From: Candidatus Omnitrophota bacterium
GTDB taxonomy: Bacteria; Omnitrophota; Gorgyraeia; Tantalellales; Tantalellaceae
NCBI GenBank assembly: GCA_043812935.1
Contig: JBDRLO010000076.1
Location: 1 to 62,042, forward strand
Direction of reading: 5' to 3'
Length of the DNA: 62,042 nucleotides
Of the stretch, positions 53,802 to 62,042 are shown piece by piece. Made by a program: the position numbers and the translations under genes. Position 1 is the stretch's first letter, and each line of letters opens with the position of its first letter. The notes beneath the pieces were generated by a model that was given only the letters and a program-made list of their open reading frames with translations, did no database searches and was not told the origin of the DNA.

Positions 53802-54361
53802 TTTTTGTTGTTGATAATTATGATTCGTTTACATATAACCTTGTTCAGTATATAGGCGAACTTGGAGAAAAAGTAGTAGTATTTCGTAATGATAAAATAA
53901 CGCTTAAAGAGATTGAAAAACTGGATCCTGATAAGATAATAATTTCTCCGGGGCCTGGACGGCCGTCAGGCGCGGGAATATCAAAAGAGGTAATTCTCGA
54001 GTTTGCGGGTAAAGTGCCGATACTTGGGGTTTGTCTCGGGCATCAAAGTATTGCGGAAGTTTACGGCGCCAAAATTATTAGAAGCAGGAATATTATGCAT
54101 GGAAAAGTCAGTAGAGTTTATCATGGAGGTAAGAATATTTTTAAAGGGATTCCGTCGCCGTTTACAGCAACGAGGTATCATTCGTTGGTGGTAGACCCTA
54201 AAAGTTTAAAAGATCCGTTAGAAGTGTCAGCCTGGACAAAAGAAAAAGAAATTATGGCAATAAAACATAAAGATAAACCTATTTGGGGGGTTCAATTTCA
54301 TCCTGAATCGGTTTTAACTGTTCATGGAATGAACATTCTCATGAATTTTATTAAAATTTAG
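53798..54361 (+). CDS. trpG: Anthranilate synthase component II (glutamine amidotransferase)
   Basis: DNYDSFTYNL, SPGPG, GVCLGHQ, RYHSL, QFHPES. Confidence 0.95.
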   Translation: MIFVVDNYDSFTYNLVQYIGELGEKVVVFRNDKITLKEIEKLDPDKIIISPGPGRPSGAGISKEVILEFAGKVPILGVCLGHQSIAEVYGAKIIRSRNIMHGKVSRVYHGGKNIFKGIPSPFTATRYHSLVVDPKSLKDPLEVSAWTKEKEIMAIKHKDKPIWGVQFHPESVLTVHGMNILMNFIKI

Positions 54362-54374
54362 CATAAGGAAATCA

Positions 54375-55400
54375 ATGGACATAAAATTAGCGATAAAAAA
54401 AGTGGTTTCTTTAAATAATCTTACGGAAAAAGAGGTTTATTCGGTTTTTGACGGGATTATGACTGGAAAAAGTACGTTCGCGCAAATAGGCGCGTTTATT
54501 ACCGCTCTTAGAATGAAAGGGGAAACTGTTGATGAGATAACAGGTGCAGCAAAGGTAATGATAAAAAAAGCGGTTAAAATAAAAACTGCTTTTAAGTCCG
54601 ATTGTGTTGTAGATACCTGTGGAACGGGTGGATCCGGTACAAATGTTTTTAATATTTCAACAGTTTCCGCGTTTGTTTTAGCAGCTTGCAATGTTAAAGT
54701 TGCCAAACATGGGAATAGATCTGCCTCCAGTAAATGCGGGAGCGCGGATGTTTTGGAAGAATTAGGGGTGAATTTAAATGTGTCCTTGAAAACGGTAAAA
54801 AAATGCATTGAATCCATTAACATAGGTTTTTTGTATGCGCCGCTTTTTCATAAGGCAATGAAATATGCGGCATTACCGCGCAAAGAAATAGGAATAAGGA
54901 CTATATTCAATGTTTTAGGGCCTCTTTCTAATCCTGCGTTGGCCAAATGTCAGGTTTTAGGGGTATATGATAAAGATTTAACGGAAACACTTGCCAAGGT
55001 GCTTAAAAAACTTGGAGCTAAAAGGGCTTATGTGGTTCATGGTATGGATTCGCTGGATGAAGTTACAATTACCGCAAAAACTAAAGTCAGCGAACTTTGC
55101 GGCGGTAAAATAAGGTCTTATTTTATCAGTCCGACGGATTTTGGATTAAAGACAGCATCTATGAAAAGTATAAAGGGCGGATCGGTGAAAATGAATGCCG
55201 GGATAGTAAGAAAGATTTTAAACGGCAAACCCGGGCCTCAAAGGGATGTTGTTTTAATGAATTCCAGTGTGGCTCTTATGGCGGCAGGAAAGGTAAGAAG
55301 TTTTAAAGAAGGGGTAAAAATGTCGGAGCAGGCGCTAGATACAGGCGCGGCATTAGAAAAACTGAATGCGTTAATAAAAATAACAAACAAAAAAGACTAA
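54375..55400 (+). CDS. trpD: Anthranilate phosphoribosyltransferase
   Basis: DTCGTGG, NISTVSA, KHGNRSASSKCGSAD, RTIFNVLGPL, GLDE-like SLDEV. Confidence 0.96.
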   Translation: MDIKLAIKKVVSLNNLTEKEVYSVFDGIMTGKSTFAQIGAFITALRMKGETVDEITGAAKVMIKKAVKIKTAFKSDCVVDTCGTGGSGTNVFNISTVSAFVLAACNVKVAKHGNRSASSKCGSADVLEELGVNLNVSLKTVKKCIESINIGFLYAPLFHKAMKYAALPRKEIGIRTIFNVLGPLSNPALAKCQVLGVYDKDLTETLAKVLKKLGAKRAYVVHGMDSLDEVTITAKTKVSELCGGKIRSYFISPTDFGLKTASMKSIKGGSVKMNAGIVRKILNGKPGPQRDVVLMNSSVALMAAGKVRSFKEGVKMSEQALDTGAALEKLNALIKITNKKD

Positions 55401-55418
55401 GTTTGATTAGGGATAAAT

Positions 55419-56195
55419 ATGATGTTGTCAAAAATTATAGAAGAAAAAAGACGGGAAATTGATAAGGCTGAAAAAAAAGTTTCTCTGAATGACTTGAAAA
55501 AAAAGGCCGAGTCTTTATATATCCGAAGTATGTTTAAGAAAAATATTTCACGGAAAGGGTATATTAACCTTATAGCTGAGGTTAAAAAAAGTTCACCGTC
55601 AAAAGGTATTATCCGGCCTAATTTTGATCCTGTAAAAATTGCGCTTGCATATCAGGCGGCAGGTGCCGGAGTTATAAGTGTTTTAACTGATGAAAGATTT
55701 TTTGACGGGAAATTAGAGTACCTTAAAATGATAAAGGAAAGAGTGACAGTTCCGGTTTTAAGAAAAGATTTTATAATTGATGAATATCAAATATATGAAT
55801 CAGCTGTTTCGGGTGCTGATGCAATTTTGCTTATAGCGCATATACTGACACAGGAAGAACTTAAACGGTATCTGGACCTGACCAAAAGTTTGGGTATGGA
55901 AGCTTTGGTTGAGGTTCATAACGAAGAAGAAGTCAATAAGGCTTTAGCCGTTAATGCTCCCATAGTCGGGATAAATAACCGGGATTTAAGAACGTTTAAC
56001 GTTGATATTTCCGTTACCCAGCGGTTAGTCCGGCTTATTCCTGATACAAAAGTGATAGTTTCGGAAAGCGGTATTTCCAGCTATGAGGAAATAATGTTTT
56101 TAAAAAGTTTGGGTGTAAACGCAGTTTTGATAGGTGAAACTTTCATGCGTGCTGAAAATATAGGCGAAAAGGTACGTGAATTAATGAGGGAATAA
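55419..56195 (+). CDS. trpC: Indole-3-glycerol phosphate synthase
   Basis: IAEVKKSSPSKG, SVLTDERFF, LRKDFI, GINNRDL, SESGI. Confidence 0.96.
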   Translation: MMLSKIIEEKRREIDKAEKKVSLNDLKKKAESLYIRSMFKKNISRKGYINLIAEVKKSSPSKGIIRPNFDPVKIALAYQAAGAGVISVLTDERFFDGKLEYLKMIKERVTVPVLRKDFIIDEYQIYESAVSGADAILLIAHILTQEELKRYLDLTKSLGMEALVEVHNEEEVNKALAVNAPIVGINNRDLRTFNVDISVTQRLVRLIPDTKVIVSESGISSYEEIMFLKSLGVNAVLIGETFMRAENIGEKVRELMRE

Positions 56196-56198
56196 GTG

Positions 56199-56239
56199 TT
56201 GGTTAGCCGGTTAACCGGTACGCCGGTTTGCCGGTTAGT
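56199..56239 (+). repeat. CCGGTTAG octamer array
   Basis: ttggttag-ccggttaa-ccggtacg-ccggtttg-ccggttag. Confidence 0.8.
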
Positions 56240-56282
56240 TTAAATGAAGAAGGGCGAATAGAATAATCGGGAGTGTTGTAAA

Positions 56283-56954
56283 TTGGTTAAAGTAAAGATT
56301 TGCGGGATAACTAATCAGGAAGATGCTTTGGAAGCTGTTACATGCGGTGCGGATTTTCTTGGTTTTATATTTGTTAAAAATACTCCGCGTTTTGTGAATA
56401 AAAATATTGTTAAAGCTATTCTGTCCAGCGGATTTAAAAAAATAAATCCGAATCTAATTTGTGTAGGGCTCTTTAAGGATGAAGGTCTGGAAGAAGTGGC
56501 GGATATAATTAATTATTGCGGATTAAATTGTGTTCAGCTTCATGGAGCGGAAACTCCTGATTATTGCGCGCGATTAAAAAAGGTTTTATGTAAAGAATAT
56601 GGTACATTGGTTACGGTAATTAAGTCTTTTAAAGTCGGGCAAGAGATTTTGCCTAACGGAAATTATGGTATTAGAGATTATGAGAGTGCCGATTATTTTG
56701 TTTTCGATACTTTTCATCCTGAAATTGCCGGTGGTACAGGAACGGAATTTGATACGGAAGTTTTAAAAAAAGAGAAAGTTCGAATAAAAACCCCGTTTTT
56801 TATTGCAGGGGGGCTGAACCCTGGAAATGTTTCATATGTTGTAAAAAATATTTTACCTTATGGTGTGGATGTTTCAAGCGGGGTAGAAACGATTGTCGGG
56901 AAAAAAGACAAAAATCTTCTAAAGGAGTTTATTTATAATGCGAAAAACGCGTAA
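56283..56954 (+). CDS. trpF: Phosphoribosylanthranilate isomerase
   Basis: [31 protein letters not shown]; TTG start. Confidence 0.93.
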   Translation: MVKVKICGITNQEDALEAVTCGADFLGFIFVKNTPRFVNKNIVKAILSSGFKKINPNLICVGLFKDEGLEEVADIINYCGLNCVQLHGAETPDYCARLKKVLCKEYGTLVTVIKSFKVGQEILPNGNYGIRDYESADYFVFDTFHPEIAGGTGTEFDTEVLKKEKVRIKTPFFIAGGLNPGNVSYVVKNILPYGVDVSSGVETIVGKKDKNLLKEFIYNAKNA

Positions 56955-58143
56955 AGTACCAGACAAAAAAGGGTATTTCGGGAATTTTGGTGGAACATAT
57001 ATCCCTGAAACGCTTATGCCGGCAATAAAGGAATTGACCGAAGCATATGAAAAGATTTCAAAGAATAATTCTTTCAAAAAAGAGTTAGCCGATTATTTAA
57101 GTAAATACGCGGGCAGGCCTACTTTATTATATTTTGCTGAGAGGCTTACGAAAAAGCTTGCCGGACCTAAGATATACCTTAAACGTGAAGATTTACTGCA
57201 TACAGGGGCTCATAAAATAAATAATACAATCGGGCAGGCTCTTCTCGCATTGAGAATGCGGAAAAAAAGGTTAATTGCCGAGACCGGAGCAGGTCAGCAT
57301 GGAGTTGCTACTGCAACCGTTGCGGCGCTTTTTGGACTTAAATGTGATATTTATATGGGGACGGAAGACATTGAAAGGCAGAGTTTAAATGTTTCGCGTA
57401 TGAAATTGTTGGGAAGCAGGGTTATTCCGGTAAACAGCGGTTCATGTACTTTAAAAGACGCGATGAATGAAGCAATAAGAGATTGGGTTACGAATGTTCG
57501 TGATACTCATTATGTTATTGGTTCTGTTGCCGGGCCGCATCCTTATCCAATGATGGTCAGAGATTTCCAGGCTGTGATTGGGAATGAAGTTCGCCGGCAG
57601 ATAATGCGGGAGGAAGGTAAACTGCCTACGCATCTTGTTGCCTGTGTCGGTGGAGGAAGCAATTCAATGGGGCTTTTTTATCCGTTTTATTGGGATACTA
57701 AAATAAAGTTTATTGGGGTGGAAGCCGCCGGGTTTGGTCTGAAAAGCGGGCGTCATGCTGCGGCCTTAATGAGAGGCAGAGTGGGGGTGCTTCACGGAAG
57801 TAAAAGTTTTGTGCTGGAAAACGATGATGGTCAGATTAAACTTGCTCATTCAGTTTCAGCCGGATTGGATTATCCTGGAGTAGGGCCAGAACATGCATAT
57901 TATAAAGAAACGCACCGAGCGGAATATGTTTCTATAAATGATAAAGAAGCTCTTAAAGGAGTGACGTTGCTTTCAGAGACAGAAGGTATTATTCCGGCGC
58001 TTGAAACTGCGCATGCCGTGTTTTATCTTACCAAATTGGCTAAACAAACTAAGAAAAGCGATATAGTAGTTGTTTGTTTATCCGGGCGCGGGGACAAAGA
58101 TATGGACATAATTAAGGAATCGTTAATGGTTAATAGTGGATAG
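56938..58143 (+). CDS. trpB: Tryptophan synthase beta chain
   Basis: [46 protein letters not shown]. Confidence 0.98.
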   Translation: MRKTRKVPDKKGYFGNFGGTYIPETLMPAIKELTEAYEKISKNNSFKKELADYLSKYAGRPTLLYFAERLTKKLAGPKIYLKREDLLHTGAHKINNTIGQALLALRMRKKRLIAETGAGQHGVATATVAALFGLKCDIYMGTEDIERQSLNVSRMKLLGSRVIPVNSGSCTLKDAMNEAIRDWVTNVRDTHYVIGSVAGPHPYPMMVRDFQAVIGNEVRRQIMREEGKLPTHLVACVGGGSNSMGLFYPFYWDTKIKFIGVEAAGFGLKSGRHAAALMRGRVGVLHGSKSFVLENDDGQIKLAHSVSAGLDYPGVGPEHAYYKETHRAEYVSINDKEALKGVTLLSETEGIIPALETAHAVFYLTKLAKQTKKSDIVVVCLSGRGDKDMDIIKESLMVNSG

Positions 58144-58270
58144 TGGATGGTTGAATGGTTTATGGTTGAATTGAATGGTCGTAGGGGAGGGCCTTGAGAC
58201 CGAAGGGAATCCCGAGTATACTCCGAGGGGTGTCCTCCCGTAATAGTGGATGGTGAATAGTGAATCGAAT
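58128..58270 (+). repeat. ATGGT/ATAGT heptamer runs flanking a REP type B with nested insert
   Basis: atggtta-atagtgg-atagtgg-atggttg-aatggtt...; gtaggggagggccttg-[agaccgaagggaatcccgagtatactccgaggg]-gtgtcctcccgt (58181-58241). Confidence 0.8.
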
Positions 58271-59063
58271 AGATGAAACGTTTAAAAAATTGAAGGCTGA
58301 AAACAAAGCTGCATTTATACCGTATATAACAGCAGGGGATCCTGATATAAATACTACCAAAAAACTTTCGCTTATTTTAGCTGAATCCGGAGCAGATATT
58401 ATTGAGCTTGGCATACCATTTTCTGACCCGTTGGCAGATGGTCCTACAATACAAAAAGCTGTTGAACGTGCTCTTAATGCAGGCTGTTCTGTGAAAAAAG
58501 TTTTTAACATGGTTAAAGAATTAAGGTCTTGTATTCAAATCCCGCTGGTTTTTATGACGTACTACAATATTGTTTTTAATTATGGGATAGAGAAGTTTGT
58601 TCGTGATGCTAAAGTTTCGGGTGCGGATGGTATTATTGTTCCGGATCTTCCGATGGAGGAGTCTTTTGCGATCAAAACTATAGCGGATAAATACGAGTTT
58701 AACGTTATAATGCTTACGGCGCCTACCACGCCGATAGAGAGATTCAAAAAAATTGCGAATTTTTCAAAAGGGTTTATTTACTATGTGTCTGTAACAGGAG
58801 TTACCGGTATGCGGGATAACCTTTCAGGTAATTTAAAAACGAATATAAAAAACCTTAAAAGAGTAACAAAAAAGCCTTTATGTGTAGGGTTTGGTGTTTC
58901 AGATGCCGGGCAAGCAAAAGATATTGCTGCTGTTGCGGATGGTGTAATCGTTGGAAGCGCGATAATTAAAAAAATTGAGAAAAATCTTCAAAGTAAGAAT
59001 GCGATGGTTAACGAAATTGAAATTTTTGCGAGTAATATTGCTAAAGCTGTGCATTCTGTTTAA
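58260..59063 (+). CDS. trpA: Tryptophan synthase alpha chain
   Basis: IPYITAGDP, ELGIPFSDPLADGPTIQ, YVSVTGVTG, VGFGVS, IVGSA. Confidence 0.97.
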   Translation: MNRIDETFKKLKAENKAAFIPYITAGDPDINTTKKLSLILAESGADIIELGIPFSDPLADGPTIQKAVERALNAGCSVKKVFNMVKELRSCIQIPLVFMTYYNIVFNYGIEKFVRDAKVSGADGIIVPDLPMEESFAIKTIADKYEFNVIMLTAPTTPIERFKKIANFSKGFIYYVSVTGVTGMRDNLSGNLKTNIKNLKRVTKKPLCVGFGVSDAGQAKDIAAVADGVIVGSAIIKKIEKNLQSKNAMVNEIEIFASNIAKAVHSV

Positions 59064-59137
59064 GCAGTTCTTCAATGTAGCCGCTGTGCGGTTTTGGTTA
59101 GCCGGTATAGAGACAGGCCCCTGTTGAAGATAAATAT

Positions 59138-59219
59138 GTAGGGACAGGCCCCCGTGCCTGTCCGTAATTGAAAGAGATCAGAATAAAATGCGTAGGGACA
59201 GGCCCCTGTGCCTGTCCGT
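59138..59219 (+). repeat. Two tandem REP type A palindromes
   Basis: gtagggacaggcccccgtgcctgtccgt (59138-59165) and gtagggacaggcccctgtgcctgtccgt (59192-59219); partial copy at about 59106. Confidence 0.88.
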
Positions 59220-59273
59220 TAAAAAAAGCTTTTAAGAAAAAAATAAAACAAGGTACAAGCAGAAGAAGATTAT

Positions 59274-59690
59274 ATGCGGATAGTGGGATTGGATATTGGA
59301 ACCAAGAATATTGGTGTTGCTCTGAGTGATGAAACATGCACTATTGCGCAGAGTAAAGAGGTTGTTCAGAGAAAAAAAGATAGCCAGGCTATTATTGCTA
59401 TTGTTCAAATCCTGGATGAATTCGATGCGCGGGAAATTGTTGTCGGGTTGCCTATAAATATGGATGGGCGAGAAGGCCCACGGGCGGAGGATAGTAGAAA
59501 TTTTGCGCGAAAACTTCAGGAAAAAACAGGTTTACCCGTTCATTTGTGGGACGAACGGTTAAGTACTAAAGAAATGGAAGATGTTTTGATCGGAGCTGAT
59601 GTTTCTCGAAAAAAAAGAAAAAAAGTTATTGATAAACTTGCGGCTCAGATTATATTGCAGGGGTATTTGGATAGCCGGTACGCCGGTTAG
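59274..59690 (+). CDS. ruvX: Holliday junction resolvase-like / pre-16S rRNA nuclease (YqgF)
   Basis: GLDIGTKNIGVALSD, VVGLP, WDERLST, IDKLAAQIILQ. Confidence 0.94.
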   Translation: MRIVGLDIGTKNIGVALSDETCTIAQSKEVVQRKKDSQAIIAIVQILDEFDAREIVVGLPINMDGREGPRAEDSRNFARKLQEKTGLPVHLWDERLSTKEMEDVLIGADVSRKKRKKVIDKLAAQIILQGYLDSRYAG

Positions 59691-59758
59691 CCGGTTGGTT
59701 TGTTCATTAAGTTAATGCACGTGCTGCGTGAAACGTGAGAACTTTTAAGGAAAAAACT

Positions 59759-61030
59759 ATGTATGAAAACTATAAAACAAAAAATGGATTAAGGATATTA
59801 GCATCGTCAATGCCGCATATGAGTTCAGTATCTTTAAGTATATGGATCGGTGTGGGCGGGCGTTATGAATCAAAAAAACAAAGCGGTATAAGTCATCTTG
59901 TGGAACATATGCTTTTTAAAGGTACTTATGCAAGGACTGCCAAACAGCTTAAAGAAGCTGTCGAGGGTGTGGGCGGGGCTTTTAACGGTTTTACATCAGA
60001 TGAAGTAACTTGTTATATGGTGAAAGTACCCAGTGAATATATGGAACTGGGAGTAGATATTTTATCGGATATGGTTTTAAATGCAAAATTTGATCAGGAA
60101 GATCTTTTGAAAGAAAAGTATGTTGTTTGTGAAGAAATAAAAATGTATAGGGATCAGCCGTCAGAGCATGTATTAGATATCCTAAACGAAATAATGTGGC
60201 CGAATAACGCGTTGGGAAGGCCTCTCACGGGAACTAGTGAAACTGTTAACAATTTGTCCATGGATGAGCTTAAAAAGTTTAAAGAAACTTATTATCATCC
60301 CGCGAATATTGCGGTTATTGCGGCCGGCAATGTTAATATAAAGAAGTTTTTTAACTATACGGCAGAAAGATTTGAAAAGACAAAAAAGAAAAAGGTTTTT
60401 TCTTTTACATCTCCAAAAGTCAGTCAGAATAAAGCGAATTTTAAAGTGTGTCGAGAAAATATAAAACAAACGCATATCGCAATGGGGTTTCATGCTGAAG
60501 ATCGTAGTGAAAGAGAAAAGTTTGCGATAAAACTTATGAACATAATTTTCGGCGGGAATATGTCTTCGCGTCTTTTTGAAGAATTACGTGAAAAATACGG
60601 GCTTTGTTATGATATCTCTTCTTCATATAAACGGCACAGTGATAAAGGGGAGATACATATACATGCCGGAGTAGACAGCAAAAACGCGGTTCGTTCGGTT
60701 ATTGCCATATTGGATGAAATAAAAAAGATGAGAGATCTGGGGGTTACGGAGGAAGAACTTGTCCGTGCGAAAAAATATACGAAAGGACAGTTTTTACTTG
60801 CTATGGAAGCGACTTCATCAAGGATGTTGTGGCTTGGGGATAGAATTATGGTGCACAATCGTATTCCCGAAGTAAAAGACGTATTGAAAAACATCGACGC
60901 AGTAACAATAGATGATATAGAAAAAGTTTGTAAGAATATTTTTAAAACTTCTTTAGCTAATTTATCAATGGTAGGCAAACTTGGCGAGAGCGAAAGAAAT
61001 AAAATAAAGAAAGAATTAAATATGTTATGA
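59759..61030 (+). CDS. M16 (pitrilysin/insulinase family) peptidase
   Basis: GISHLVEHMLFKGT (HxxEH), NGFTS, GGNMSSRLF. Confidence 0.93.
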   Translation: MYENYKTKNGLRILASSMPHMSSVSLSIWIGVGGRYESKKQSGISHLVEHMLFKGTYARTAKQLKEAVEGVGGAFNGFTSDEVTCYMVKVPSEYMELGVDILSDMVLNAKFDQEDLLKEKYVVCEEIKMYRDQPSEHVLDILNEIMWPNNALGRPLTGTSETVNNLSMDELKKFKETYYHPANIAVIAAGNVNIKKFFNYTAERFEKTKKKKVFSFTSPKVSQNKANFKVCRENIKQTHIAMGFHAEDRSEREKFAIKLMNIIFGGNMSSRLFEELREKYGLCYDISSSYKRHSDKGEIHIHAGVDSKNAVRSVIAILDEIKKMRDLGVTEEELVRAKKYTKGQFLLAMEATSSRMLWLGDRIMVHNRIPEVKDVLKNIDAVTIDDIEKVCKNIFKTSLANLSMVGKLGESERNKIKKELNML

Positions 61031-62042
61031 AGGGGACTTTTCGCTTAACTAAAGTTTTGGGTATAGATATAGACATACATATTACTTTTTTTCTGCTGCT
61101 TGGTTTTTTCTTTTTGTTTTTTGGAATTAAAGGTCTTGTTTTAATAGTCGGTATATTCTTTTTTGTGACTGTGCATGAGCTGTGTCATAGTGTGGTCGCG
61201 GCAAAATTTGGGATAAAAGTAAAACGCATAACGCTTTTGCCTATTGGCGGAGTAGCTTCTATGCCGGAAATTCCCGCTAAACCTTATCAGGAACTTTTGA
61301 TATCCCTTGCCGGTCCGTTATCGAATATTCTGATAGTTGTTGTTTTTTATTATCCGTTATATATCCTGTTAGGCGAAGAAACATTGCTGTATCCGCTTAA
61401 GGTTCTTACAGGCCAGGCCAAGTATGCTGGGCAGTTTAATGTTATCGCCCATATATACTGGATAAATCTTGTTCTTGCTGTTTTTAATATGATACCGGCG
61501 TTTCCCATGGACGGGGGACGTATTTTACGCGCTGTTTTATCTTACAGTATGGATCGTAGAAAAGCTACGCGCATAGCGGTTAAACTTGGGCATATATTTG
61601 CACTGATTTTTGCGTATTTCGGGATAGTATACGGTAATATCTTCCTTTTACTTATTGCGGTTTTTGTTTATATGGCAGCTACAAGTGAAGGATTGCATGT
61701 ATCGGTTACGGAAACAATAAAGAATTATAGAGTAAAAGATGTATTGCCGGAAAAGTATGTTTATGTTAATTGCCGTACATCACTTGCAAAGATTTTAGAA
61801 CTGGTTTTTCATACCCATCAGGAAGATTATCCTGTTCTTGAAGCCGGTCGTTTGAAAGGTATTGTTACGCGAAAAGAGATAATCCGTGCGATACATGAAA
61901 AAGGAAAAAACGTAACAGCGGATTATATTATGCGTAAAGATATTCCGCCTGTGAAAGTAAATGAAAAGCTTCATATTGTACAAAAAATGATGCAAAATTA
62001 TAGTACACATGCAATGCCGGTTCGAAGAAACGACGAAATAGT
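61027..62042 (+). CDS. Site-2 protease (M50) with CBS domains, 3'-truncated by the window end
   Basis: Not in the ORF track because it has no stop. ATGA overlap with the M16 gene; translates MKGTFRLTKVLG...VTVHELCH...LAGPLSN...FNMIPAFPMDGGR, then CBS-like segments. Confidence 0.9.
   Translation, partial: MKGTFRLTKVLGIDIDIHITFFLLLGFFFLFFGIKGLVLIVGIFFFVTVHELCHSVVAAKFGIKVKRITLLPIGGVASMPEIPAKPYQELLISLAGPLSNILIVVVFYYPLYILLGEETLLYPLKVLTGQAKYAGQFNVIAHIYWINLVLAVFNMIPAFPMDGGRILRAVLSYSMDRRKATRIAVKLGHIFALIFAYFGIVYGNIFLLLIAVFVYMAATSEGLHVSVTETIKNYRVKDVLPEKYVYVNCRTSLAKILELVFHTHQEDYPVLEAGRLKGIVTRKEIIRAIHEKGKNVTADYIMRKDIPPVKVNEKLHIVQKMMQNYSTHAMPVRRNDEI

Overview
AT-rich bacterial chromosomal segment with almost all genes on the + strand. 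The gene set and the large signal-peptide-bearing multidomain proteins suggest Candidatus Omnitrophota (PVC group); this is inference, no search was run. Housekeeping blocks: TolC-MFP-RND efflux operon; aldo/keto reductase; GH1 beta-glucosidase; fabG-acpP-fabF-acyl-CoA dehydrogenase-etfB-etfA(ferredoxin-fused); small MerR-HTH gene plus smc; GAF-GGDEF cyclase; cinA(pncC)-thpR-recA-recX-alaS; hisD-B-H-A-F-I; trpE-G-D-C-F-B-A (trpE has a 1-base frameshift); ruvX; M16 peptidase; partial M50-CBS protease. Two things stand out. (1) Four large dispersed proteins (>756, 1506, 1315, ~2267 aa). The three complete ones have N-terminal signal peptides. All four have unrelated cargo domains that normally act in the cytoplasm (cupin PGI-like, EreA/ChaN/Tiki-like, degenerate GGDEF x2, J-domain, wHTH, TPR, RelE-like, Fic-like, HExxH, SAM-methyltransferase x2) and appear to share a ~200-aa C-terminal domain ending in the same strand-acidic-helix motif. 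This is a candidate lineage-specific sorting/secretion system for polymorphic effectors, and a beta-propeller/half-TolC fusion next to one of them is a candidate channel. (2) An ordered, polarised intergenic repeat grammar: CCGGTTAG octamers, ACACGNW heptamers (including a ~60-unit array), and GTAG-tagged REP hairpins with nested inserts. There is also a face-to-face promoter pair defining a ~75-nt antisense RNA. No tRNA, rRNA, CRISPR array or transposase was recognised. All domain calls are by-eye motif recognition.
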